DNA of 64,000 nt, taken from the NCBI GenBank assembly GCA_964350945.1, contig CAYGLF010000001.1, forward strand, positions 176,083-240,082. The letters run 5' to 3'. Numbering within the stretch: position 1 is the stretch's first letter; every line of letters begins with the position of its first letter. Shown here in pieces: positions 28,708-38,075 of this stretch. The notes under the pieces were generated by a model that saw nothing but the letters and a program-made list of their open reading frames with translations, did not search any database and had not been told where the DNA came from. The position numbers and the translations under genes were made by a program. The stretch is from an uncultured bacterium. Its GTDB lineage: Bacteria > Chlamydiota > Chlamydiia > Chlamydiales > JAAZZY01.

Positions 28708-29928
28708 CTAGAGATCTATTAATAAGCATGCTGGATCTTGAATCGCTTTTGCAATTTGTGCTAGAAAAGAAACACCTTCTTTTCCATCAACAATGCGATG
28801 ATCATAGGTCAGTGCTAAAATCATAATTGGTCGTATCTCGATTTTACCATTAACAACATAGGGCCTCTCTACGATGCGATGCATTCCTAAAATAGCACTT
28901 TGAGGAGGGTTGACAATAGGCGTTGAAAAGGTCGATCCAAAAACGCCTCCATTACTAATTGTAAAGCCTCCTGCCCGCATCTCTTCCATCGAAAGTTTAT
29001 TATCACGAGCCTTTTGCGCCAACTCTGAAATGGTCTTTTCAATCTCAGCAAAGGAGAGCTGATCACAATTGGCAACGACAGGAACCACGAGCCCACGATC
29101 CGAGCTAATAGCCACATTGATATCCACGTATTTGCGGGTGACCAGGTCATTGCCGTCAATATATGAGTTAACCAACGGAAAATCTTGCAGGGCTTTGACT
29201 GCTGCTTTAATAAAAAAGGACATAAAACCAAGGCGCACCCCGTGCTCTTTTTCAAAGCTTTCTTTGTACTTTTTTCGCATTTCTAAAACAGCGCTCATAT
29301 CAACTTCATTAAAAGTTGTTAGAAGCGCCATGGTTTGCTTTGCCTCTACAAGCCTCTTAGCAATAGTTTGCCGAATCTTAGGCATCCGCTTGCGCTCTTC
29401 ACGTGCATTTGTTGAAGCAGGCCCGCTCTCAGTCAAAGGGTTTTGAATTTCAGGTGAACTGGATCGGGGGGTAACTGGAGCTCGCAGCTCTTGTACAAAA
29501 GATTCTGGAGACTTTCTAATATCATCAAAAACAGCCGGCTCATTTTCACTTCTCTCTTCTTTAGGAGGTGAGGCTTCTTTTTTAGGTGCTGGGGCGCGCT
29601 CTTCTTTGGATGGAACAGCTTGGGGAGCTTGCTCTTTAGCCGCTGATTCTTCAGGGGTATTTGGTTTTGGAGGCGCCTCTTTGGGGGCTCCAGCGCCCGC
29701 TTCGACCGATCCAATAACCTGACCAATAGTCACTGTATCTCCCTCTTTAATAGAGAGGTTTAAAACCCCCGCCTGCGGAGCAAAGAGAACTTGATTGACC
29801 TTTTCAGTTTCAATTTCAACAATTTCTTGGTCTTGAGTCACGCTAGATCCATTTTGCACCAAAATGGCACTAATAGTAGCTTCTGAAATGGACTCTCCTA
29901 GTGATGGAACTTTTATTTCTACGCTCAT
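28708..29928 (-). CDS. sucB: dihydrolipoyllysine-residue succinyltransferase (E2 of 2-oxoglutarate dehydrogenase)
   Basis: Lipoyl domain EIETEKV, Pro/Ala-rich linker, catalytic DHRIVDGKE. Position is between sucA and lpdA. Confidence 0.9.
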   Translation of the reverse strand: MSVEIKVPSLGESISEATISAILVQNGSSVTQDQEIVEIETEKVNQVLFAPQAGVLNLSIKEGDTVTIGQVIGSVEAGAGAPKEAPPKPNTPEESAAKEQAPQAVPSKEERAPAPKKEASPPKEERSENEPAVFDDIRKSPESFVQELRAPVTPRSSSPEIQNPLTESGPASTNAREERKRMPKIRQTIAKRLVEAKQTMALLTTFNEVDMSAVLEMRKKYKESFEKEHGVRLGFMSFFIKAAVKALQDFPLVNSYIDGNDLVTRKYVDINVAISSDRGLVVPVVANCDQLSFAEIEKTISELAQKARDNKLSMEEMRAGGFTISNGGVFGSTFSTPIVNPPQSAILGMHRIVERPYVVNGKIEIRPIMILALTYDHRIVDGKEGVSFLAQIAKAIQDPACLLIDL

Positions 29929-32675
29929 ACGACCCCTTCAAAGGCTTGTTTAATAATCGCTTCTAATGACTCTTTGTGTCGTCTATGTGAACCTGTAGCG
30001 GTTGAGGCCTGCCGATCTCGCCCTACGTAACGAAGATCAGCGCCTTGAAGAGTTTCTTTTAAAAGAGATTTTATGTAATACCAGCAACCCATATTCTGGG
30101 GCTCCTCTTGAACCCATAAACACTCTTTAAAACCTCTGTATTTATCGACTATCTGTTTGAGTCCTTCTTGATCCAATGGATATATCTGCTCGATGCGCAC
30201 TAAGGCAACTTTCTTAGATGCAAGTTCTTCTCTTCTCTGTAATAAATCGTAAAAAATTCTTCCAGAACAAAATATTAGCCTCTCAATATTTTCTAAAGAT
30301 TCGGGGTCATCTTTAATGTATTCAAAATGCCCAGATGACAACTCATTGACTGAAGAAGTGCAGCGCTTGTGACGCAAAAGAGCTTTGGGAGTAAAGATAA
30401 CCAGGGGCTTACGGTATGATTTAAGCACTTGGCGACGCAATGCGTGAAACAGTTGGGCTGGTGTTGTAGGGTTAATTAAAATCATATTATTTTCGCCAGC
30501 AAGTTGTAAAAAACGCTCTATACGAGCTGAAGAGTGCTCAGGCCCCTGCCCCTCATAACCATGAGGAAGCATCATTGTTAAATCTGATAAGCGGTTCCAC
30601 TTTTCTTCGGCATTGGCAATATATGCATCTGTAATAATCTGCGCCCCATTGGCAAAATCTCCAAACTGAGCTTCCCAAATCACCAAGCCCTGAGGTGTCG
30701 AGATGCTATAGCCATACTCAAATCCCAGCCCTCCGTACTCTGACAATAAAGAGTCATAAATGCTCAGCTTTGCCTGATCATTTTGAAGATGATTTAACGG
30801 GTAATAATCCTTGGCATTTTTTTGATCAATTAAAGCCGCATGTCGATGGCTAAAGGTTCCTCGACGTGAATCTTGTCCAGCAATACGAATAGGAAAATTT
30901 TCACTAAGCAGTGAAGCATAAGCGAGCGTTTCTACCAAACCCCAGTCTAGAATGGAGTGATCAGGATCCCCTAAAACAGCTGCTCGTCTCATACTAAGCA
31001 ATTGAGCGACTTTACGATGAGGGGTAAAGTCCTTAGGAATTTCTGTCATTTTAACCGCAAGAGCTTTCAAACGCTCTTGTGATACTTCTGTCACCACAGC
31101 TTCGAAAATCTGCCCCGGACTCTTAAGCTTGTGGTCCTTCCAAAAGCTCCAGCGATTGCCTAATACTTCATTCTCATCAAGCGGCTGTGAAGAACTACTT
31201 TTAACCTGTTCTAATTCTTTTTGTAAACTCTGCCTAAATTCTGTCTCTTTTTGTAAGACTTCTTGCTCGGTGAGTACTTTTTCATCAATTAGCTGCGCCA
31301 CATATAACTTGCGAATAGAGTCTTTTTTTCGAATCATTTGATACTCAAGTGGCTGAGTGTAGCTTGGTTCATCCCCCTCATTGTGACCGTATTTGCGATA
31401 CCCACAAAGATGAATAAAGACATCACACTTAAACTTTTGACGAATCTCAACAGCAAGCTGTGTGACCAGCACACACCCATTGGGATCTTCAGCATTAACG
31501 TGGAAAACTGGACATCCAAAAGTTTTGGCAATATCTGAAGGAAATAGGGTAGAGCGACTCGCTTCTGGAAGTGCTGTAAACCCCACCTGGTTATCCAAAA
31601 TAATATGAATGGAACCTCCCACCTCATAGCCATTAATCTTGTTCATTTGCATCGTTTCATAAATTACCCCTTGCCCTGCGACAGAGGCATCTCCGTGCAC
31701 CTGAATACCCAAAATTCGAGTTTGGTCTTTATCATTCTTATGAACTTGCTTCGCCTTTACCTGCCCCAGCATTATAGAATTAACCGATTCAAGATGACTA
31801 GAATTAGGGGGGATTGAAATATGAATGCGATTGCCATGATCATTTTCAATATCTGCAGAGTATCCTTTATGGTACTTGACATCACCCGAGCCTTCGAAAG
31901 AACTCGGCTCATAACTTTCTTCGAATTCATGAAAGACAAGCTTATAGGGTCTTTCAAAAATATTGGTCAGTAGACTGAGTCGCCCGCGGTGCGCCATACA
32001 CAACACAATTTCATCAACACCATACTCTCCTCCATGATCAAGTATGGATCTCACTACGGGGATAAATGTCTCTAAACCCTCTAAAGAAAACCGCTTTTGC
32101 CCAACAAATTTAGTATGCATGAAAGATTCAAAAAGCTCGGCCTTATTTAAATAACTTAAAATCCTCTTTTTTTGCTCAGCATTCAGCTGTTGTTCAAAGT
32201 GCGATTCTACTCTCTTTTCAATGAATTTAATAAGTTCTGGGTGGTCTAAATGCTTGTATTCAAATCCTATACGCGAGCAATAAATACGCTCTAGCCGCTC
32301 TACAAGTTCTTGCAAAGGCACACTACCTTCCAAGATTCCATGAGTATTCACTACTTCCTGGGAAAATTCAAGACCGTAAGACTCTAAGCGTAAGCTTTCC
32401 GGGATTTTTTTAGGCTTTAGCTCAAGGGGGCTGATATTCGCAACCTTATAACCTTCAGATCGATAAGCCTCTATCAATCGATAAACATTTAAGTCACCGC
32501 CTTGAGTTTCTGGGCTGCACGAAAGAGGTTGTTCTTGCGCAAATTCCATCCCTTCAAAAAAAGATTTCCACGAACTATCTACAGACTCTGCATCTTTCAA
32601 ATACTGCTGGTAGATTTCTTCAATATACTCAGCATTAGAAATTTGAGCAAAGCTCTTTTTTTTAGCATCCGTCAT
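29925..32675 (-). CDS. sucA: 2-oxoglutarate dehydrogenase E1 component
   Basis: 916 aa with YRSEGYKVANISPL, GMAHRGRL, HGDASVAGQGV and GYEGQGPEHSSARIERFLQL. Confidence 0.95.
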   Translation of the reverse strand: MTDAKKKSFAQISNAEYIEEIYQQYLKDAESVDSSWKSFFEGMEFAQEQPLSCSPETQGGDLNVYRLIEAYRSEGYKVANISPLELKPKKIPESLRLESYGLEFSQEVVNTHGILEGSVPLQELVERLERIYCSRIGFEYKHLDHPELIKFIEKRVESHFEQQLNAEQKKRILSYLNKAELFESFMHTKFVGQKRFSLEGLETFIPVVRSILDHGGEYGVDEIVLCMAHRGRLSLLTNIFERPYKLVFHEFEESYEPSSFEGSGDVKYHKGYSADIENDHGNRIHISIPPNSSHLESVNSIMLGQVKAKQVHKNDKDQTRILGIQVHGDASVAGQGVIYETMQMNKINGYEVGGSIHIILDNQVGFTALPEASRSTLFPSDIAKTFGCPVFHVNAEDPNGCVLVTQLAVEIRQKFKCDVFIHLCGYRKYGHNEGDEPSYTQPLEYQMIRKKDSIRKLYVAQLIDEKVLTEQEVLQKETEFRQSLQKELEQVKSSSSQPLDENEVLGNRWSFWKDHKLKSPGQIFEAVVTEVSQERLKALAVKMTEIPKDFTPHRKVAQLLSMRRAAVLGDPDHSILDWGLVETLAYASLLSENFPIRIAGQDSRRGTFSHRHAALIDQKNAKDYYPLNHLQNDQAKLSIYDSLLSEYGGLGFEYGYSISTPQGLVIWEAQFGDFANGAQIITDAYIANAEEKWNRLSDLTMMLPHGYEGQGPEHSSARIERFLQLAGENNMILINPTTPAQLFHALRRQVLKSYRKPLVIFTPKALLRHKRCTSSVNELSSGHFEYIKDDPESLENIERLIFCSGRIFYDLLQRREELASKKVALVRIEQIYPLDQEGLKQIVDKYRGFKECLWVQEEPQNMGCWYYIKSLLKETLQGADLRYVGRDRQASTATGSHRRHKESLEAIIKQAFEGVV

Positions 32676-32847
32676 TACAAATCCTTAGTAACCCTGCCTT
32701 TGAGCTATAATAAAAAGAGGATTTAAAAACTATCTTCGATTTTAGAAATTTTTCCATTTTAAAAAAAACTCAAGTCGGGTAAAAAGCTCCAAAGTAAAAA
32801 AATATTGCTGTAATAGCTTCAATCCCCTTTTTATAAGGAACTAGAAA

Positions 32848-33303
32848 ATGAAAAGTGAACGATTAAAAAAATTTGAAACTGAGCTGAAAGATTTAGAACA
32901 ATGGCAGAAACTGGGCCTTGTCCCAAAAAAAGACCTTCAAAAGCACCAAGAGGAAATAGATTTAATTCGCGGTAAAATTAGAGAAGAAACAGATCGCCTC
33001 AAATTTCTTAAAGAATCCGGGGATGTTGAGGAATATATTGTCCCTAAAAAAACAGCTTCTAGAACTCCCTACGCGGATAATCCCACCATTGCAGAAATAG
33101 ATTTACAAGATGACGATATGGACAACATGGAAGTGACGATGGATATTGTAACCATGACTGCGGAATCTACAACGAGCAGCGAATCTAAAGACGAGGACAA
33201 TGGCGATGATTACTCGCGATCTGATGAGGACGACCCTTTTAGTGACAAAAATCGCTGGAAAAGAGGTATCTTAGATGCTGATCCAGACTCCGGTCAATGG
33301 TGA
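32848..33303 (+). CDS. hypothetical acidic protein
   Basis: 151 aa with an N-terminal coiled-coil and a very acidic, Ser-rich C-terminal half. No motif recognised. Confidence 0.4.
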   Translation: MKSERLKKFETELKDLEQWQKLGLVPKKDLQKHQEEIDLIRGKIREETDRLKFLKESGDVEEYIVPKKTASRTPYADNPTIAEIDLQDDDMDNMEVTMDIVTMTAESTTSSESKDEDNGDDYSRSDEDDPFSDKNRWKRGILDADPDSGQW

Positions 33304-34417
33304 GCTAAGTCTCTACTTCCATCTCCCCTTCTGCAAAAAAAAATGTCACTACTGTCATTTTTATGTTTTGCCTAACAAAGAGATTTTCAAAAAGCAGCTT
33401 TTAGAATCTATGATCAAAGAGATCTCTCTTAAGGCTCCTCTTTTAAAAAACACTTCAATTATATCCCTTTATTTTGGTGGAGGCACTCCCGCATTAGTAG
33501 GCCCCTTTTTTCTCGAAAAAATAATAAGCACTCTGAATAAATACGTGTCTCTTGCTCAAACTGAAATTACCTTGGAGATCAACCCTGAAAACAACGACCT
33601 AGAAAATCTCAAATCATTTAGATCTTTAGGTATCAATAGGCTAAGCATGGGTGTTCAAACATTTGATGACTCTCAGCTCAAGCGCCTCAATCGCTCTCAT
33701 AACTCAGAAGATACTTTAACTGCTGCTGCCAATGCCTCACTTTCCGGTTTTGAAAACCTTTCAATTGACCTGATGTATGAACTGCCCGGGCAAACACTTA
33801 CTATGTGGAAAGAAACCCTTAAACAAGCCTCACAGCTCCCTATTTCACACCTCTCGCTTTATAACTTAAGTATTGAACCACACACCGTATTTTACAAAAA
33901 ACGCGAAGAAATTAAATCGCAAATGCCACCAGCTTCTACTGCTATTGAGATGTATACATTGGCCCTTGAATCTCTAAAGCATTTAAACCACTATGAAATA
34001 TCTGCGTTTTGCAAAGGAGATTCTTATTCAAAACATAATGTCGGATATTGGCTACAAAGACCCCATTTAGGATTTGGCCCTTCAGCCTTTAGTTTATATG
34101 ATTCAAAAAGATTTCAAAATATTGCAAACATCCATCGCTATAGCCAGCAAATTTCTCTTAAAAAAGATTTTGTTTCCTTTGAAGAAACTCTTGAAAAAGA
34201 ACCCTTTTTAAAAGAAAGCTGTGCTTTGCATCTCAGGCTTGTAGAAGGGTTTGACCCATCTGTTTTCCAAAAGCGATTTGGCCCATTCCCCTTAGAGTTG
34301 ATAAAAACACTCTATCATCTAGAAAAAACAGGTCTTTTGACACAATCTCCACAGGTTATTAAGCTCACAGAAAAAGGACTTTTATTTCATGATTCAATTG
34401 CCAGTGAAATTATTTGA
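33275..34417 (+). CDS. hemW: radical SAM heme chaperone / oxygen-independent coproporphyrinogen-III oxidase-like protein
   Basis: LYFHLPFCKKKCHYCHF (CxxxCxxC radical-SAM cluster), GGGTP, NRLSMGVQ. 380 aa. Confidence 0.8.
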   Translation: MLIQTPVNGELSLYFHLPFCKKKCHYCHFYVLPNKEIFKKQLLESMIKEISLKAPLLKNTSIISLYFGGGTPALVGPFFLEKIISTLNKYVSLAQTEITLEINPENNDLENLKSFRSLGINRLSMGVQTFDDSQLKRLNRSHNSEDTLTAAANASLSGFENLSIDLMYELPGQTLTMWKETLKQASQLPISHLSLYNLSIEPHTVFYKKREEIKSQMPPASTAIEMYTLALESLKHLNHYEISAFCKGDSYSKHNVGYWLQRPHLGFGPSAFSLYDSKRFQNIANIHRYSQQISLKKDFVSFEETLEKEPFLKESCALHLRLVEGFDPSVFQKRFGPFPLELIKTLYHLEKTGLLTQSPQVIKLTEKGLLFHDSIASEII

Positions 34418-34764
34418 CCCCCTTGCACTCATCTATCGTTGTTATTTATAACACCGCTTTAAAATAGGAAGTTACGATCGCTTTTTTTAAAGATGACTTT
34501 GAAAAAAATGGCTGTGAGTTGGGGCAGCACAAATATCAGCTAGAGCTTCAAAAAAACAATTTGAGCACAAACAATCATGCACCTCCCAATCAATCTCTAC
34601 AGGGTTCAACTCCCTCAAGAGGAAATGAAATCAAAAATTATTGGAATAGAAGGGCATAATATAAACCTACTTGAAAATATTCTAGGATTGAATTTGCCTC
34701 GTGACATTTTTCTACTATTACTGTAATTTCTCAGAAATATATTTCTATAATAGGACTAAACTAA

Positions 34765-36018
34765 ATGACTCAAACAAAAAAATTAAGATGGGTCATATGG
34801 ACCCTCGCTGCCCTCTTCTATTTCTATGAATACCTGCTGAGAGTCTCTCCCAGTGTAATGGTTCCAGAGCTTATGAGTGCCTTTAATGTTTCGGCTGACA
34901 CTCTAGGGATTTTGGTAGCCTCTTTCTTATTTGTCTATGCTCCCATGCAGTTGCCAGTTGGCATCCTCATGGATCGTTTTGGAGCTCGTAACCTTTTAAC
35001 ATTTGCATCGCTTGGATGTGGAATTGGTGCCATCTTATTTGCTGTTGCACAAACCTTAGCCCCTGCTTTTATTGGTCGAATCATTATTGGAGTCAGTGCC
35101 TCTTTTGCCTTTGTAGGTATGGTCTATGTTTGCACTCACTGGTTTGAAAAAAGTAAGCGAGCAGTTCTTGTTGGAGTTGCCAATTCTATTAGTATGCTAG
35201 GAGCTATTGCTGGAGTGGGTCCTTTAAGCATTATGGTTCAACGATTAGGTTGGAGGACCACACTACTTATTTTTGGAGCTATTGGCTTTTTGTTAGCCTT
35301 TGTTATTTACTCTACAATCCGTAAAAAAGAGCCTCAAAAAGACACCGTTTTAGAAACCCATGAAACTCCCCATTCCCTATTTGAAGGCATTAAAATCTTT
35401 ATAAAAAGCATTCAAAGTTGGCTCAATGCAATCATTGCTCTTTTAACATACACAGTCACCACAGCTATGGGAGGACTTTGGGGAGTTCCCTTCATTCAAA
35501 ACAGCTATCATGTAAGTAAGGAAATTGCTAGTTTTGCAATTACTATGCTCTTTTTAGGTTGGCTTGTAGGCGGCCCCCTGTTTGGATTGATTTCTGATCG
35601 TGTTGGAAACCGTAAATTTTTTATTTCATCAGGAGTTCTGCTCACCTTTTTAAGTGTCACACCCATTATTTACTTCACAGATATGTCAATTACTATGGTG
35701 TATATCTTAGTCTTTCTCACAGGTCTCTTCTCTTCTTCTCAACTTCTTAACTTCACATTTGCCACAGAAATCAACCCAAAACGCATTAAAGGCGCTTCTA
35801 TCGCTGTCACCAACTGCATTGTTGCATCTGGAGGCACCATAGTCCAACCTCTTATCGGTTATCTTTTAGTGCTAAAATCTGCCAAGGCAACAGTAGGATC
35901 TAATAGCTACAGCTCTCAAGATTATCGCTTTGCGCTTTCTATTCTTCCCTTATGTTTAATCGTATCTTGGTTGCTTACGTTCTTTCTGAAAGAAAAAAAT
36001 CGCAATACGTTTGAGTAG
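34765..36018 (+). CDS. MFS transporter
   Basis: About 12 hydrophobic segments, with a GILMDRFGARN motif-A-like loop after TM2. Confidence 0.75.
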   Translation: MTQTKKLRWVIWTLAALFYFYEYLLRVSPSVMVPELMSAFNVSADTLGILVASFLFVYAPMQLPVGILMDRFGARNLLTFASLGCGIGAILFAVAQTLAPAFIGRIIIGVSASFAFVGMVYVCTHWFEKSKRAVLVGVANSISMLGAIAGVGPLSIMVQRLGWRTTLLIFGAIGFLLAFVIYSTIRKKEPQKDTVLETHETPHSLFEGIKIFIKSIQSWLNAIIALLTYTVTTAMGGLWGVPFIQNSYHVSKEIASFAITMLFLGWLVGGPLFGLISDRVGNRKFFISSGVLLTFLSVTPIIYFTDMSITMVYILVFLTGLFSSSQLLNFTFATEINPKRIKGASIAVTNCIVASGGTIVQPLIGYLLVLKSAKATVGSNSYSSQDYRFALSILPLCLIVSWLLTFFLKEKNRNTFE

Positions 36019-36146
36019 AAGGTCTTTTGTTGAAACTTTAATCACAGAAAAATTAAAATTTTAATTAAAATACTTAAACTGTTATTCAATTGAAAAAGAA
36101 TTCCAATCTTTGCATAATGCCGCCAAAAAATTAGGACTATATCATT

Positions 36147-38063
36147 GTGAGACGCTCGATTTGTTATTGTGATCCCTCTCAATCCCTTGCCGGGGAACAG
36201 GGAACCTGGAAATTTATATATACCTCCTCTCAAAATCTAGATAAAGGCGCTTGTATCAAGTTTGACCTTCTCTCAAAAGGAAGAGAGATTGACTGGGAAA
36301 TTCCATCGTCCGACCCTGCCGATAAGTCAAACATTATCTATGCTATTTCAAGCAATGGTACGATACTATACGCTAAGCCCGTCGAGGTTCCCAATCAATT
36401 TGCTCCTCAATTTGCTTTTACTCTGAAAGAGGACATGAAGGCCGGCTCTAATTTTACCGTTGTTATGGGACCATCTCCAAAGCTCACTGCCAAGCAGGCG
36501 AAAACAGCTAGAGGAAATACCAGCCAAAATTTAACTCAAAGAAGAAGACACTTTTTAATTTACGTGGATGCTAAAGGGAACGGCCAATTCGCAGACCCTG
36601 AAATTTTCACAATGGACGTTAAAGGAAATGCTCTGGATCGCATCCGCATCATTACACCTTCATTTGTTACCAAAAATAAGAGATTTGACATCGTGATCCG
36701 TTTCGAGGATCAATTTGGAAATTTAACCAGCAATGCTCCTGAAGATACTTTGGTAGAACTGACGTACGAGCAGCTTCGCGAGAATTTAAACTGGAAGCTG
36801 TTTGTTCCTGAAACAGGGTTTGTCACACTCCCCAACTTCTACTTTAACGAAGTAGGCACCTACCGCATCCAGCTTAAAAATTTAAAAACTGATCAGCTTT
36901 ACTTCTCATCTCCTATTAAAAGTTTTGCAGGGGATGAAAAAAACCTTCTATGGGGCTTACTGCACGGTGAGTCTGAAAGAATGGATTCTTTAGACAATAT
37001 TGAAAACTGTTTAAGGCACATGCGTGATGAGCAGGCTATGAACTTTTACGCTTCATCTCCTTTTGATTCGATAGAAGAAACCCCAGAGAGCGGCTGGAAG
37101 GCTATTGCCCAAAACATTGGTGAATTTAATGAAGTCGACCGCTTTATAACTTACCTAGGTTTCCAATGGATGGGAGAGCCTCTAAAAGAAGGGTTGCGCC
37201 AATTTTTATACTTAAAAGATGGCAAACCACTGCTTCGCTTTAAGGACGCTAAATCAAATTCTTTGAAAAAAATTTATAAGATATCTTTACCTAAAGACTT
37301 TTTATCGATCCCCTCTTTTACAATGGCTAAAGGGATGGAATATGACTTTTCTGAATTTAATCCTGAATATGAAAAAGTTGTCGAAATCTATAATGCTTGG
37401 GGCTCTTCAGAGTGCACCGCCAAAGAAGGCAATCTACTGCCTATTCTAGGAACAGGTAAAGATAGCGTGAAAGAAAGTGCTAAGGGATCAATCCTAGCCG
37501 CTTTGAAAAAAAACCACCGCTTTGGATTCGTTGCAGGCGGGTTGGATGACCGAGGCAACTACACCCATCTTTTTGACGCAGGACAAGAGCAATATCCTCC
37601 TGGACTCACTGCCATCTTAGCAGATGACCACAGTAGAGAATCTATTTTTCAAGCACTTCACCAACGTAGTTGTTATGCAACTACTGGAGAGCGTATTTTG
37701 ATGGGATTCGATATTTCGGGGACGCGTATGGGCCAGGAAATCTCGACCCAATCAAAACCCGGCCTTGTGATAAATCGTCATATTTCAGGATTTGTAGGCG
37801 GTACATCGCCCGTTAAGACCATTGAGATTATTCGTAATGGGGACGTGATCCACACCATCAAACCTAATGTCTGTAACTTTGACTTTACATTTGACGATCT
37901 AGTAGACTTAAAAGAGATCGCCTTAAAGCAGAAAAATTCCAACCCTTTTGTGTTTTACTATCTGCGTATTACACAAACAGACTACCATATGGCATGGAGT
38001 TCTCCAATTTGGATTGACTTTGTTGAGCCAGAAAAAGGCACCAAGAAGGTGCCCAAGAAGTAG
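36147..38063 (+). CDS. large hypothetical protein, possibly DUF3604/PHP-like C-terminal region
   Basis: 638-aa ORF with a non-ATG start (GTG 36147). 'LLWGLLHGESE' and 'VEIYNAWGSSE' loosely recall the 'YWGDLHxHT' / 'EIxSxxGxxE' segments that I associate with DUF3604 proteins. Confidence 0.3.
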   Translation: MRRSICYCDPSQSLAGEQGTWKFIYTSSQNLDKGACIKFDLLSKGREIDWEIPSSDPADKSNIIYAISSNGTILYAKPVEVPNQFAPQFAFTLKEDMKAGSNFTVVMGPSPKLTAKQAKTARGNTSQNLTQRRRHFLIYVDAKGNGQFADPEIFTMDVKGNALDRIRIITPSFVTKNKRFDIVIRFEDQFGNLTSNAPEDTLVELTYEQLRENLNWKLFVPETGFVTLPNFYFNEVGTYRIQLKNLKTDQLYFSSPIKSFAGDEKNLLWGLLHGESERMDSLDNIENCLRHMRDEQAMNFYASSPFDSIEETPESGWKAIAQNIGEFNEVDRFITYLGFQWMGEPLKEGLRQFLYLKDGKPLLRFKDAKSNSLKKIYKISLPKDFLSIPSFTMAKGMEYDFSEFNPEYEKVVEIYNAWGSSECTAKEGNLLPILGTGKDSVKESAKGSILAALKKNHRFGFVAGGLDDRGNYTHLFDAGQEQYPPGLTAILADDHSRESIFQALHQRSCYATTGERILMGFDISGTRMGQEISTQSKPGLVINRHISGFVGGTSPVKTIEIIRNGDVIHTIKPNVCNFDFTFDDLVDLKEIALKQKNSNPFVFYYLRITQTDYHMAWSSPIWIDFVEPEKGTKKVPKK

Positions 38064-38075
38064 TCTATTGGAGAC

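Noticed and set aside
28887-29726. ORFs 28887-29255 (-), 29069-29446 (+) and 29433-29726 (-)
   Set aside because: They sit inside the sucB coding region in alternative frames or on the opposite strand. sucB has lipoyl, linker and catalytic DHRxxDG motifs in its own frame, so these are spurious.
31129-31957. Several 61-99 aa ORFs on both strands inside 29925-32675
   Set aside because: They are embedded in sucA, a continuous 916-aa gene with E1o motifs, and have no independent signals.
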